Counted from the stretch's first letter, positions 1 through 10,000 are shown. The stretch is DNA of 64,000 nucleotides from Eubacteriales bacterium (GCA_045589515.1 JAZNPH010000050.1:72880-136879); one strand, 5' to 3'. The notes: generated by a model not told the origin, from the sequence alone. Program-made: numbers and translations.

Positions 1-1
1 C

Positions 2-460
2 GCCAACACGGGCACCAAGGACGATTTCACCGTGGAATCTGTCCTGACCTCTGCCTCCGGCGCAACCTCTACCAACAGCCAGGCCAACGAGTCTGCCGAG
101 GGCAAATTCCCCTTGATGCTGCTGTCCGCCAACGGCGACTACGTCAACCTAGAGGACGAAAACAGCACCAACCAGGTGATGAAGTATCAGTACGTGATGC
201 TGGTAGGCTCCACCGACTTTGCGGGGACGGGCAGTGTTGACGCCGCCGCCTTCGGCAACGGTGCGTTGATGCTTTCCGCGGCACGTACCATGGGTGTGGA
301 GCGGTACTCTCTGGATATCGATTACAAGACCATCAACGACGTGGCTTTGGCCATCGAGACCAACGTAGCCACCCGTTTGGGCATCATCATCTGCGCAGTA
401 TTGCCTTCGCTGATTCTGATCGCCGGCTTGGTGGTCTTCGTTCGCCGCCGTCACCTGTGA
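2..460 (+). CDS. C-terminal part of a GldG-like ABC-transporter-associated surface protein (5' end lies outside the window)
   Basis: The frame is open from the window edge. It ends in a hydrophobic anchor, IIICAVLPSLILIAGLVVFVRRRHL, then TGA. The family call is by resemblance only. Confidence 0.5.
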   Translation, partial: ANTGTKDDFTVESVLTSASGATSTNSQANESAEGKFPLMLLSANGDYVNLEDENSTNQVMKYQYVMLVGSTDFAGTGSVDAAAFGNGALMLSAARTMGVERYSLDIDYKTINDVALAIETNVATRLGIIICAVLPSLILIAGLVVFVRRRHL

Positions 461-479
461 TGCCCGAAAGGAAACGCAC

Positions 480-3104
480 ATGAGCATGGAACAAAAGGAA
501 AACGGGGAAGTTCTGGAGCAAGCGGAGGTTGAATACCCCCGCAACCCCCACGAGCTGACCGAAGAGGAAAAGAAGGAGATCCTCTCCGTCTTTGCCGAAA
601 CCAACGAGAATAAACGCCGCCGCGCCGGCTTTAAGCTCACCATCAAGAACCAGATCATTCTGGTGGGTGTGGTGCTGGCGGTGGCAGCCCTTCTGCTGGG
701 CTCTTACTTCCTGTTCCTAAAGGAAGAAGCGCCCCTGCCTCCCTTCTACGTCCTGGACGAACAGACGGTTACCGTGCTGGACGAACTGGATGCCGATGTG
801 GAGATCATCTTCTGCAACCGCGTAGAGGGTGAGCTTACCGAGGAGGGAGACCCTGACGTCTACCGCATCTATACCTACGCTACCCTGTACGCAAGCCAAA
901 CGGGAGATGTGGACATCTCCTTCAACACCGGAGATACCTTCAACGGTGTGAAGGTGGTCTGCGGCGGGAAGACCTTGGAATATACCTACGCATCCTTCTA
1001 TAAGAGCCGCCCCGTCGACAACGCCGTCTACGGCTTTGACGGGGAAGCTGTCTTCACCAACGCCATTCTGGAGCTGACCGGCAAGGAAAAGCTGGAGCTG
1101 GCTCTCCGCCCTCTGGACGGCTTTGACAAGGACGGCAACACGGTGCTGGTCTCCGGTGGCGTGGTAATGTTCCCCATGGTCAACAGAAGCGATATCGCTT
1201 ATCTGAATGTGGAGAACGAGCACGGCGAGTACTTGATCTATCAGGAACAGAACGGCACCTTCTACTTCGGCGGGTGCGAATATCTCACCTACAACGCCGA
1301 GACCTTTGCTTCTCTGCTGGTAGATTGCCGCTACGTGATCACCGCAGGCAAGCTGGAGGATCGGTTGGATTACTCCGTGTACGGCTTCGGCAAGGAAGAA
1401 AAGCTGACCTGCCGCTACACCCTCATGACCCAGCCCGCATCCGACGGCAGCTTCTACGTTCATCAGATCCAGATCGGCAAGAAGGCCGCATCCGGGGCGT
1501 ATTACTACGCCATGTACTTTGGCATGAAGATGAAGGACGACAAGGTCATCGAGAACTTCCCCAGCGATAAGATCTTCCTGGTTCCCACCACCAACGTGGA
1601 GGGCAACCTGACCAAGCCCGTGGAGACCTTCTTTGAGGCCCAGCTGGTCAACGGCATCCAGGACGTGAACGAGGTCTACGAGATCGAAAAGGTGGAGATG
1701 GATTTCTTCCACGGAGATCCCGAACAAGACGTCCACGCAGTGATACTGAACCTGCCCGTGCTGGATTTCTCCGACAACGCCTCCTCCAACAACACCTCCA
1801 TCGGCGAGTTGTTGAAGGATAAAAAGAAGTACAACAGCTCCGGCTTGACCTATTCCGACTGGACGGGTGAGATCGACGGTGCCTATATGGCGGGTCTGGC
1901 CAGCAGCGACGGAGAAAACTTCTCCGTTCGTGCGGCTGTGACCAACATCGCTGCAGATGGCGTATACGAATGTACCTTCGGCCTGCTGTTGGATTCCGAC
2001 AACAAGAAGTACGCCGCCATCCTTCCCGAGGAGGTCAGCATCCGCTACTCCTACGACGGAGAAAACTTCAAAAAGCTTTCCGACCACGGCCTGGATTTCT
2101 CCGATCATCGGGAGGATACGGTGAAGGAATACACCTTCCGTATCGAAAGCGACGAGCCCGTGGTGATGGTTGAATTGACCTTCCAAATGCCCAATAAGAT
2201 CGGCTATCTGGTCATGGATGAGATCCTGATCACCGCTGATGGAACGGACGCCGTTCCCAACGACGCTCTCACCGGTCTTTGGCGTCTGGTGGCTCCCTCC
2301 TCCTTTATCCCCGTAGGCAAGAACTACGCCTATATGGATAGCACCAACTTCGCCGAGTTCCTCAACGGCCTTGCCACTCTCAAGGGTGACAGCGTTGCCA
2401 AGGTGGGCATCAGCGAGCACAACAAGGATGCTGACGACACAATCAAGACGGAGATGCTGAAGGAGTTCGGGCTGGATAACCCCGCAATGCACTTCGCATA
2501 CACCTACAAGGGCTTCGTAACGGACGTTTACTTCTCCGCCTACGACGAGGAGAACGGATGTTACTACGCCTACTCCACCATCACCGGTGACTTGTACGAG
2601 GACGGCAGAGTGTTAACCTTCTGCACCGGCATTGTGGCAAGAGTTTCCAAGGAGACCGCGCCCTGGCTGGATTGGGATCTGTTGGAATACGTGGATCACT
2701 CTATGGTGGGTATGTATTTCTACGAGATCCGCGAGCTTTCCGTTTCCTACGGCGGCAAGGAATACGTCTTTGGCGTCACTGCCGAGGATAAGACTCTGAC
2801 CTCCGTCCTGTGGGGCGACAAGGAGATGGACGAGGAAAGCTTCCGCTACCTCTACCTCTCCATCGTTCAGCTGTATATGCGTGACGTATATCAGCCCTCC
2901 GAGGGAGATACTGCGGAAGAATATATGCGCATTAAGATCACCACTACCACGGATGCCAAGGAATACGTCTTCTACCGCGTATCCTCTAGCCGTGCCTACT
3001 ACACCATCAACGGCTCCGGCAGTTACTATTGCCGCGTCAGCGACTTGCGTAACGTCCAGAGCAAGCTGGAGCAGTTTATTGCAGGAGAAAAGGTGGGCAG
3101 ATGA
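480..3104 (+). CDS. large membrane-anchored extracytoplasmic protein of unknown function (possibly DUF4340-type partner of the GldG-like protein)
   Basis: 874 aa. It has an N-terminal TM (IILVGVVLAVAALLLGSYFLFL) and an SD-like AAAGGAAA upstream. Coding-like composition throughout, with no catalytic motif recognised. Confidence 0.6.
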   Translation: MSMEQKENGEVLEQAEVEYPRNPHELTEEEKKEILSVFAETNENKRRRAGFKLTIKNQIILVGVVLAVAALLLGSYFLFLKEEAPLPPFYVLDEQTVTVLDELDADVEIIFCNRVEGELTEEGDPDVYRIYTYATLYASQTGDVDISFNTGDTFNGVKVVCGGKTLEYTYASFYKSRPVDNAVYGFDGEAVFTNAILELTGKEKLELALRPLDGFDKDGNTVLVSGGVVMFPMVNRSDIAYLNVENEHGEYLIYQEQNGTFYFGGCEYLTYNAETFASLLVDCRYVITAGKLEDRLDYSVYGFGKEEKLTCRYTLMTQPASDGSFYVHQIQIGKKAASGAYYYAMYFGMKMKDDKVIENFPSDKIFLVPTTNVEGNLTKPVETFFEAQLVNGIQDVNEVYEIEKVEMDFFHGDPEQDVHAVILNLPVLDFSDNASSNNTSIGELLKDKKKYNSSGLTYSDWTGEIDGAYMAGLASSDGENFSVRAAVTNIAADGVYECTFGLLLDSDNKKYAAILPEEVSIRYSYDGENFKKLSDHGLDFSDHREDTVKEYTFRIESDEPVVMVELTFQMPNKIGYLVMDEILITADGTDAVPNDALTGLWRLVAPSSFIPVGKNYAYMDSTNFAEFLNGLATLKGDSVAKVGISEHNKDADDTIKTEMLKEFGLDNPAMHFAYTYKGFVTDVYFSAYDEENGCYYAYSTITGDLYEDGRVLTFCTGIVARVSKETAPWLDWDLLEYVDHSMVGMYFYEIRELSVSYGGKEYVFGVTAEDKTLTSVLWGDKEMDEESFRYLYLSIVQLYMRDVYQPSEGDTAEEYMRIKITTTTDAKEYVFYRVSSSRAYYTINGSGSYYCRVSDLRNVQSKLEQFIAGEKVGR

Positions 3105-3898
3105 TGAAGAAGGCGTATCTGAAGATCGCCTCCTGTATGATCGCAGCAATGCTTTTACTGACCGCTTGTCAGCAGAAGCCTGACGAGGGTGTGTATCACA
3201 CCCTCGTTTCTCTTCATGAGAGCTACAACGAGATACAGCGGGGAGAGATCGGCTTCCTCATGGAGGCTTCCTTTGCGGATGATGACACCGGGGAGGCAGG
3301 GGTTCTCTATTTTATACAGGGAAACGCCTGCTATGACAGAGCCTCGGAGACCGCTTGGCAAAAATACACCGCCACTCTGTTGGCATCAACCTACAGCAGC
3401 GAGGAGTATTACGCAGACGGAGTGAAAAAGCATATTGAAGGCGGCGAGATCTACGACCTGGAGGCTCCGTCGGAGGAATTCTTCGATGCCTTTCCTTATT
3501 GCCGTCTGCCTTTGCCCGGGTTCGACACCATCACAGCCTTGACGGCGGAGGAGACCGACGGAGGGATTCTTTACACCCTGGTGGCAGAAGCGGGGCAAAA
3601 AGAATTGGTGGAGGAGGTCTGGAAGACGGATCTCTACACCCTTGCGGGGATCCGTGTGCCGGATCGGGACAAGGAGTCCTACGGCGACGTGACCTATACC
3701 TTTTCCGTGAAGGACGGCAAGGTACAGTCCATTTCGGTGAAGCTGACGGTCTCTCTCTTCGAGACGGCGGCCTACACCCCCGGGTATACCCCCGACACAG
3801 AGGATCTGCGGCTGGACTTGACCTTGACGGCTAAGGTGACGGTGAAAAATACCGGGGAAACGGTCACCGTCCCTGCATATTCGGAGGAACAGACGTGA
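3101..3898 (+). CDS. lipoprotein, function unknown
   Basis: Signal peptide with lipobox, MMKKAYLKIASCMIAAMLLLTAC. The ATGA overlap with the upstream stop suggests coupling. Confidence 0.75.
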   Translation: MMKKAYLKIASCMIAAMLLLTACQQKPDEGVYHTLVSLHESYNEIQRGEIGFLMEASFADDDTGEAGVLYFIQGNACYDRASETAWQKYTATLLASTYSSEEYYADGVKKHIEGGEIYDLEAPSEEFFDAFPYCRLPLPGFDTITALTAEETDGGILYTLVAEAGQKELVEEVWKTDLYTLAGIRVPDRDKESYGDVTYTFSVKDGKVQSISVKLTVSLFETAAYTPGYTPDTEDLRLDLTLTAKVTVKNTGETVTVPAYSEEQT

Positions 3899-4530
3899 AC
3901 ACTTGCTACATCGTAGGCGCGGGGGAGAATGCTTCCACAGCTTTTTGTCCCGATGAAACGGATCTGGTCATCGCCGCCGACGGTGGACTGGAGATCCTGA
4001 AAAAACGCAAGATCCGTATAGATCTGATCCTGGGAGACTTCGACTCTCTGGGGTACGTTCCCGCAGAGCCCAATCTGATCTGCCACCCCACCCGCAAGGA
4101 CGAGACGGATCTGATGCTTGCCTGCAGGGAAGGCCTTGCCAAAGGCTACAAAACCTTCTGCCTGTATGGCGGATTGGGTGGAGAAAGGATCAGCCACACC
4201 GTGGCAAACCTCCAGCTCTTGGTCTGGCTTGCCGACCAAGGCGGGCGGGGAACTCTCTACGGAAAAGGCTGTGAGCTCTCTCTTCTGCGGGAGGAAGGCG
4301 TCACCTTCACGGCGGAAAACAAAGGCTTCGTTTCCCTTTTCGCTATAGGCGGGGAAGCAGTGGTCACGGTGAAGGGCTTGTCCTACGAGCTGGAGAACGC
4401 TACCTTGACGGATCACTATCCCCTTGGGGTGAGCAATCAGTTCTGCGGCAAGGAGGCCGAGATTACCGTCCGGCGGGGAGACGTCTTGATGGTTTTGGAA
4501 AAAACTCTTGACAAATCCCGATTTTTGTGA
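3895..4530 (+). CDS. thiN: thiamine diphosphokinase
   Basis: GTGA overlap start. Motifs present: ADGG, GDFDS, KDETD and GGLGGERISH..ANL, typical of thiamine pyrophosphokinase. Confidence 0.88.
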   Translation: MNTCYIVGAGENASTAFCPDETDLVIAADGGLEILKKRKIRIDLILGDFDSLGYVPAEPNLICHPTRKDETDLMLACREGLAKGYKTFCLYGGLGGERISHTVANLQLLVWLADQGGRGTLYGKGCELSLLREEGVTFTAENKGFVSLFAIGGEAVVTVKGLSYELENATLTDHYPLGVSNQFCGKEAEITVRRGDVLMVLEKTLDKSRFL

Positions 4531-4536
4531 TATAAC
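4508..4536 (+). promoter_or_regulatory. sigma-A type promoter for the thiT leader, embedded in the 3' end of thiN
   Basis: TTGACA (4508-4513), 17 nt spacer, TATAAC (4531-4536). Confidence 0.55.
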
Positions 4537-4565
4537 TTGTGTCGAACAAAAGAATACGCGTCGAT

Positions 4566-4668
4566 AAACGTGCCGGGGGTGCTGTGTCAAAACGGCTGAG
4601 ATGGCGGGTAACCGCTGAACCCTTTAACCTGATTTGGATAATACCAGCGTAGGGAGATTGTAACTGTT
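4566..4668 (+). promoter_or_regulatory. TPP (THI-box) riboswitch aptamer
   Basis: Conserved THI-box strings are present: GGGGGUGC, CUGAGA, ACCCUUUAACCUGAUUUGGAUAAUACCAGCGUAGGGA. It sits upstream of thiT. Confidence 0.9.
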
Positions 4669-4687
4669 TTTTTGATATTGTGTTATG

Positions 4688-4728
4688 GTCCGCGTGGGTG
4701 TTTCCTCGCGGATCTTTTGTATTCTTTT
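4688..4728 (+). terminator. candidate riboswitch expression-platform terminator
   Basis: Hairpin GTCCGCG / CGCGGAT with a 12-nt loop, followed by the U-rich CTTTTGTATTCTTTT. It lies just before the thiT SD AGGAGG. Confidence 0.45.
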
Positions 4729-4745
4729 ACAAGGAGGTTTTTGCA

Positions 4746-5330
4746 ATGACAAAAACCAAACAGCATCTCTATTCTCTTTGCGAGTGCGGCATTCTGGTTG
4801 CCGCCGCGGTAGTGATCTCCTTCCTCCAGATCCCCTGGTTCTGGGCAAACGGAGGCTCTATCAACTTCGTCGCCGTTCCCCTGGTGCTCATCGGCTACCG
4901 TCATGGTATGGGTTGGGGTTTCGGCGCTTGTATGGTGTACGGCCTGGTGGATTGTATCATCGGCGGCGGCATCGGCTGGGGCATCGTCTCGGTGATCCTG
5001 GATTACGTATTGGCCTACGGTGCCATCGGTGTGGCAGGTCTGTTCCGTGGGAAAGGTCTGCTCAGCCTGGAGCTTGGGGTTCTGGTGGGTAACCTGGCTC
5101 GATTTGCTGTCCACTTTATCGCGGGGATCACCGCCTGGAAGATCGCCGTTGGCTCCACCGAGGAGATCTTCGGTATGAGCTTCGGCGCGGATATGTCCGT
5201 GGTTTATTCCATCCTGTACAACGGCAGTTATATGCTTCCCAACCTGATCCTTTCCCTGATTGCCATGCCGCTTTTGTATCCCGCCATCAAAAAGATTGAA
5301 AAAATGTACCCGATCGGCGGAAAAAATTGA
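4746..5330 (+). CDS. thiT: thiamine transporter, ECF S-component ThiT
   Basis: AGGAGG SD sits 8 nt upstream of the ATG. Multi-TM protein resembling ThiT (..GLFRGKG.., ..FAVHFIAGITAWK..). Controlled by the TPP riboswitch. Confidence 0.85.
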   Translation: MTKTKQHLYSLCECGILVAAAVVISFLQIPWFWANGGSINFVAVPLVLIGYRHGMGWGFGACMVYGLVDCIIGGGIGWGIVSVILDYVLAYGAIGVAGLFRGKGLLSLELGVLVGNLARFAVHFIAGITAWKIAVGSTEEIFGMSFGADMSVVYSILYNGSYMLPNLILSLIAMPLLYPAIKKIEKMYPIGGKN

Positions 5331-5339
5331 AAAAACCTC

Positions 5340-5368
5340 TTGCATTTTCCGAAATTGTGTGTTATAAT
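5340..5368 (+). promoter_or_regulatory. strong sigma-A promoter for rplS (extended -10); an approximately 85-nt leader follows (possible L19 autoregulatory leader, not verified)
   Basis: TTGCAT, 17 nt spacer, TGTGT-TATAAT. Confidence 0.6.
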
Positions 5369-5453
5369 TTGATGTCAATTTGTGTGGACGGTCCTCTGCA
5401 GCTCTGTACGAACGTCTCAAAATTACTATATTACTATAGGAGGATGAGCAATC

Positions 5454-5795
5454 ATGACCGCATTGGAAGCATTTGCAAAACAGCAGCTCAAGTCTGAGGT
5501 TCCTCAGTTCAACGTAGGTGACACCGTTAAGGTTCATCAGCGTATCGTTGAGGGCACCAGAGAGAGAATTCAGCTTTTCGAAGGCACCGTTATCGCTAAG
5601 AAGAACGGTGGTATCTCCGAGACCTTCACCGTAAGACGCGTTTCTTTCGGCGTAGGCACCGAGAAGACCTTCCCTCTGCATTCCCCCAACGTTGTGAAGG
5701 TAGAAGTTACCCGCCAGGGTAAGGTTCGCAGAGCAAAACTGTACTACCTGCGTGACAGAGTGGGCAAGAGCGCAAAGGTAAAAGAAAAAATCTGA
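5454..5795 (+). CDS. rplS: 50S ribosomal protein L19
   Basis: 113 aa, [46 protein letters not shown] upstream. Confidence 0.97.
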   Translation: MTALEAFAKQQLKSEVPQFNVGDTVKVHQRIVEGTRERIQLFEGTVIAKKNGGISETFTVRRVSFGVGTEKTFPLHSPNVVKVEVTRQGKVRRAKLYYLRDRVGKSAKVKEKI

Positions 5796-5806
5796 CTTTG
5801 ATGCAA

Positions 5807-5832
5807 GGCGCCTCTGGAAAGAGGCGTCTTTT
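5807..5832 (+). terminator. intrinsic terminator after rplS
   Basis: Stem GGCGCCTCT / AGAGGCGTC with loop GGAA, followed by TTTT. Confidence 0.6.
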
Positions 5833-5878
5833 GCGTGTTACGCACAGCTTACGAATTCTTGTAAAGGAGAAAAACGGC

Positions 5879-6586
5879 ATGGACGAAAAGGAAACCATGG
5901 AAGAGACCGCGGAAGAGCAGGAAGTACAGCCTGAAGAAACCATTCCCGCGGAAGAGCTTCCCGCCGACGAAGATCCCGCACCCGAGGAAAAACGAGAAGA
6001 CCGCGCTTTTTCCGCGATGCGTACGGTTTTTGAATATATCGAGACGTTCTGTATAGCGCTTTCCGTGATGATCGTGCTGTTTCTGTTCTTCTTCCGCAAC
6101 GTGACGGTGGACGGCGACTCCATGCTTCCCACCCTCCACGGAGGAGATTCCTCCGACCATGCGGACACGCTGATCATCTCCGACTTCCTCTACGAGCCCG
6201 AGACGGGGGACATCGTGGTGCTGAACATTATGGACGATGGCCAGCCCCTGATCAAGCGGGTTATCGCAGCAGGCGGGCAGAGAGTCCGCATTGACTTCAC
6301 CCATTGGACGGTGGAAGTGGACGGTGTTAAGCTGGAGGAGACCTATATCAGGCAGGTCCTGGGTGCTACCATGTACATGGCGGATATGGACCGTATATAC
6401 GGCGTGGACGAGGAAGGGGTCTGCGAGTTCACCGTGAAGGAAGGCAAGGTCTTCGTCATGGGTGACAACCGCAACAACTCCAAGGACAGCCGGTATCTGG
6501 AAGTAGGCGAGCAGGACGTGGAGCACATTCTGGGCAAAGTGGTGCTGAGAGTGTTCCCCCTTTCCGAGTTCGGCACGGTAGATTAA
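5879..6586 (+). CDS. lepB: signal peptidase I
   Basis: GDSMLPTL, IKRVIA and GDNRNNSKDSR boxes. The acidic N-terminal tail precedes the TM. AAAGGAGA SD. The longer 5798 start was rejected. Confidence 0.92.
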   Translation: MDEKETMEETAEEQEVQPEETIPAEELPADEDPAPEEKREDRAFSAMRTVFEYIETFCIALSVMIVLFLFFFRNVTVDGDSMLPTLHGGDSSDHADTLIISDFLYEPETGDIVVLNIMDDGQPLIKRVIAAGGQRVRIDFTHWTVEVDGVKLEETYIRQVLGATMYMADMDRIYGVDEEGVCEFTVKEGKVFVMGDNRNNSKDSRYLEVGEQDVEHILGKVVLRVFPLSEFGTVD

Positions 6587-6601
6587 AGATAAGGAAACGT
6601 T

Positions 6602-7447
6602 ATGGATAAGCAGATCGTTTGGTATCCGGGGCACATGACCCGTGCAAAACGAAAAATACAGGAAGACCTGCCATTGGTGGACATGGTCATTGAGCTTCTG
6701 GACGCCCGTGCGCCCATCTCCAGCCGCAACCCCTCCTTTGCGGAGTTGTTCAAGGGGAAGCCCACTTTGACCCTGCTGACCAAGTGCTCTCTGGCAGACC
6801 GACGGGCTGTGAGCCGCTACGTGAACTTGCTGAAAAGCGAGGAGCATATGGTGATCCCCATCGACTGCAAGACCGGCATGGGGGTGAAGAACGTTGCCCC
6901 CGCTATTCGGGAGCTGATGGCAGAAAAGCTGGCACGCTACGCCGCAAAGGGGATGAAGAAGCCGATCCGCGCCATGGTGGTTGGTATCACCAACGTGGGG
7001 AAGTCCACCTTTATCAACACCTTCGCAGGGGGTAAGCGCGCCAAGGCGGAGGATCGTCCCGGTGTGACCCGCCACAACCAGTGGATCCCCGCACCCGCTA
7101 TGGGTGTGGAGCTTTTGGACACTCCCGGTGTTCTGTGGCATAAGTTTGAGGATCAGACGGTTGCCAAAAAGCTGGCGGCCTTGGGAGCTATTCGAGATGA
7201 GATCTTAGATCAGATCGAGCTTTCCTGCGCTTTGCTGGGGATGCTTCGTGTGAACTATCCCGAGCTGTTGACCGCCAGATACAAGGTGGAATGGACGGAG
7301 GAGGACTCCGATTACGACCTGTTCCAAAAGATCGCCCGCAAGCGCGGCTTCATCCGTGCAGGGGCAGAGGTGGACGACGACCGTACCGCCGCCGTGCTGT
7401 TGGACGAGTTCCGCGCAGGGAAGATCGGCGAGATCACGTTAGACTGA
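6602..7447 (+). CDS. rbgA: ribosome biogenesis GTPase A (YlqF/RbgA)
   Basis: WYPGHMTRAKRKI..DMVIELLDARAP with a circularly permuted GTPase (TKCSLAD, GITNVGKST, DTPG). Confidence 0.93.
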   Translation: MDKQIVWYPGHMTRAKRKIQEDLPLVDMVIELLDARAPISSRNPSFAELFKGKPTLTLLTKCSLADRRAVSRYVNLLKSEEHMVIPIDCKTGMGVKNVAPAIRELMAEKLARYAAKGMKKPIRAMVVGITNVGKSTFINTFAGGKRAKAEDRPGVTRHNQWIPAPAMGVELLDTPGVLWHKFEDQTVAKKLAALGAIRDEILDQIELSCALLGMLRVNYPELLTARYKVEWTEEDSDYDLFQKIARKRGFIRAGAEVDDDRTAAVLLDEFRAGKIGEITLD

Positions 7448-7456
7448 TAAAAGAAG

Positions 7457-8074
7457 GTGTGGAGATTGCTGAATTGGGAGATTGAAAATTCCTTTTGCAC
7501 CGAGAAGCTTCAGGTGTTCTGCGGTTGCGACGAGGCAGGGAGAGGTCCTCTTGCAGGGCCCGTTTATGCCGCCGCCGTGATCCTGCCCAAGGGGCTTGTC
7601 ATCGAAGGGCTGGATGATTCCAAAAAGCTTTCTCCCAAAAAGCGGGATCTTCTTTACGACCGCATCAAGGAGCAGGCCTTGGCCTACGCCATCGCCCGTG
7701 CCGAGGTGGAAGAGATCGAGGAGTATAATATCTTAGCCTGCGCCTTGCTTGCCATGCGCCGCGCTTTGGAGGCTCTGGAGATCGCCCCCGACGCCGCCTT
7801 GATTGACGGCAATATTGCAAGGGGATTTCCCGTCCCCGCCTTCCCCGTTATCGGGGGAGATGCCAAATGTCCCTCCATTGCCGCCGCCTCCGTGCTGGCA
7901 AAGGTGGAGCGTGACAGAGATTGCTTAGAGCTGGACAAGCTGTATCCCCAATACGGCTTTGCCATCCATAAGGGCTACGCCACCAAGGCGCACAGAGAAG
8001 CCATTTTGAAATACGGCCCCTGTCCCGCCCACCGCATGAGCTTTTTGAAAAAGCTTTTGGGGAACAAGGAATGA
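7457..8074 (+). CDS. rnhB: ribonuclease HII
   Basis: CGCDEAGRGPLAGPV..DDSKKLS motifs. The exact start is uncertain (GTG 7457 or TTG 7466). Confidence 0.9.
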   Translation: MWRLLNWEIENSFCTEKLQVFCGCDEAGRGPLAGPVYAAAVILPKGLVIEGLDDSKKLSPKKRDLLYDRIKEQALAYAIARAEVEEIEEYNILACALLAMRRALEALEIAPDAALIDGNIARGFPVPAFPVIGGDAKCPSIAAASVLAKVERDRDCLELDKLYPQYGFAIHKGYATKAHREAILKYGPCPAHRMSFLKKLLGNKE

Positions 8075-8505
8075 GAGGCCACAAGGTCGGCAAGCTGGGC
8101 GAGGACCTTGCTTTGCACTATCTGGAAAAGCAGGGCGTCCGCATTTTAGCCAGAAATTACAGTGTTTACGGCGGAGAAATCGATCTGGTCGGCTTCCGTC
8201 GGGGCGTGTTACTGTTCGTGGAAGTGAAAACCAGAACGGGCACCCAATGGGGTACCGGGGTGGAGGCCATGGACGGAGAGAAGATCCGTCACGTGGAGCG
8301 TGCCGCTAAGGAGTTTTCAAGAGCCCACGAGGAGCGGGGGAAGATCCCCGTATTGTATTGGCCGGGCATTTGGGTGCCGCGGCGCATTCGTCACAGGCGT
8401 GTAGACGGGGTCGAGGTGTATCTCTATCCCGACGGGACGCCAAAGAGCATCAACAGAATCGAGGACATCGGATATGAAATTCGTCAGCACCCGCGCACTG
8501 AATAA
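8071..8505 (+). CDS. yraN: YraN-family (UPF0102) endonuclease-like protein
   Basis: GE..A..YL..G..ILARNY....GEIDLV......LLFVEVKTR pattern. ATGA overlap with rnhB. Its 3' end overlaps the thrC start. Confidence 0.85.
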   Translation: MRGHKVGKLGEDLALHYLEKQGVRILARNYSVYGGEIDLVGFRRGVLLFVEVKTRTGTQWGTGVEAMDGEKIRHVERAAKEFSRAHEERGKIPVLYWPGIWVPRRIRHRRVDGVEVYLYPDGTPKSINRIEDIGYEIRQHPRTE

Positions 8506-9964
8506 CCCCAAGGAATATTCCGCCGCAGAAGTGATCAAGCAGGGACTTGCTCCCGACGGCGGCTTGTTCGTCCCCACGGAGATCCCCGCTCTCGCAGAGG
8601 CGGATCTGGAACGGCTGGCAGGGATGACCTACCCCGAGCGTGCCGCGGAGATCATGGGTCTGTATCTGACGGATTATACCCACGAAGAGCTTCTTTCCGC
8701 CGCCAACGCGGCCTACGGCGCACCGAAATTCCCGGAAGCTACCCCCACGCCCATCACCAAGGTAGGGGACCTGGAGCTTTTGGAGCTGTGGCACGGCCCT
8801 ACTTCCGCCTTCAAGGATATGGCCTTGCAGATCATGCCCCACCTTCTTTCCATGGCGCTGACCAAGACGGGGGAGACCCGTGACGCGCTCATCCTGGTTG
8901 CCACCTCCGGTGATACCGGCAAGGCGGCTTTGGAGGGCTACGCAGACGTCCCCCGTGTGAAGATCCACGTGTTCTATCCCACCGACGGCGTCAGTCGTAT
9001 TCAGAAGAAGCAAATGGCCACCCAGCAGGGAAGCAACGTGAATGTCACCGCCATCTACGGCAACTTTGACGATGCTCAAAACGGCGTGAAGGCGATTTTT
9101 GCCGATGCTGAAATGGCGTCTCTTTTGGACAAGGAGGGGCTGTTCCTTTCTTCCGCAAACTCCATCAACTGGGGCAGATTGGTTCCCCAGGTGGTGTACT
9201 ATATCTCCGCCTACTGCGACCTGATGAACGCGGGCCGCCTGCAGATGGGGGATCCGATGGACGTGGTGGTGCCCACCGGGAACTTTGGCAACATCTTCGC
9301 CTGCTGTCTGGCCAAGCGTATGGGTCTGCCCGTAGGGAAGATGATTTGTGCTTCCAACCAGAACAACGTTCTCACCGATTTCATCAACAACGGTGTGTAT
9401 GACAGACGCCGTACCTTCTACCAGACGGTGTCTCCTTCTATGGATATCCTCATCTCCAGCAACCTGGAGCGCCTCCTGTGGCTGGTGGCAGGGCCCGAGA
9501 AGTGTGCTTCTTACATGGAAGCCCTCCGTTCCGACGGTGTGTACGCCGTAGACAGCACCGTTCTGGAGGCCGTACAGGCTGAATTTGTCGCGTATTTCTG
9601 CGACGAAGCACTCACTAAGAACGTTCTGCGGGAGTTCTACCAGCAAAAAAAGTATCTGGCGGATACTCACACCGCTGTTGCCCTTTCCGCCGCCCTGCGC
9701 CATCGCCGCGCCAACGAGGAGGAGAACCGCACCATTCTGGTGGCTTCCACCGCCTCCCCCTATAAGTTCTCTCCCGCCGTGCTGGAGGCTCTGGGGAAGG
9801 AAGTTCCCGAGGACGGCTTCGAGGCCTTGCGCAATTTGCAGAAGATCAGCGGTGTTCCCGCTCCCGAACGCCTTGCGGCGTTGGAAACTCTGGAGGATCG
9901 CTTCACGGAAGTGATCGCCGCCGGGGATATGAAGGAAGCCGTTTTGGCTTTCGCCCGCCGATAA
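8474..9964 (+). CDS. thrC: threonine synthase (long form)
   Basis: MKFVSTR....APDGGLFVP N-terminus, and the PLP-lysine context GPTSAFKDMALQ. Confidence 0.92.
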   Translation: MKFVSTRALNNPKEYSAAEVIKQGLAPDGGLFVPTEIPALAEADLERLAGMTYPERAAEIMGLYLTDYTHEELLSAANAAYGAPKFPEATPTPITKVGDLELLELWHGPTSAFKDMALQIMPHLLSMALTKTGETRDALILVATSGDTGKAALEGYADVPRVKIHVFYPTDGVSRIQKKQMATQQGSNVNVTAIYGNFDDAQNGVKAIFADAEMASLLDKEGLFLSSANSINWGRLVPQVVYYISAYCDLMNAGRLQMGDPMDVVVPTGNFGNIFACCLAKRMGLPVGKMICASNQNNVLTDFINNGVYDRRRTFYQTVSPSMDILISSNLERLLWLVAGPEKCASYMEALRSDGVYAVDSTVLEAVQAEFVAYFCDEALTKNVLREFYQQKKYLADTHTAVALSAALRHRRANEEENRTILVASTASPYKFSPAVLEALGKEVPEDGFEALRNLQKISGVPAPERLAALETLEDRFTEVIAAGDMKEAVLAFARR

Positions 9965-9975
9965 ACAAAAAAGAC

Positions 9976-10000
9976 GAGGCTGTCTTTCCCGGACAGCCTC
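9976..10000. terminator. bidirectional hairpin terminator between convergent thrC and the DUF1540 gene
   Basis: GAGGCTGTC / GACAGCCTC stem with a 7-nt loop. An A-run on the plus side gives a U-run for the minus-strand transcript. Confidence 0.6.

Noticed and set aside
717-2492. A 591-aa ORF on the minus strand, and many similar long ORFs. Examples are 5849-7141 (-), 8450-9703 (-), 12610-13680 (+), 15078-15986 (-), 17607-18776 (-), 24189-25211 (-) and 27342-28679 (-).
   Set aside because: Each lies antisense to, or out of frame with, a gene carrying unmistakable conserved motifs. Their translations are low-complexity and rich in Gly, Val, His, Asp, Arg and Pro. These are typical shadow ORFs of GC-rich DNA.
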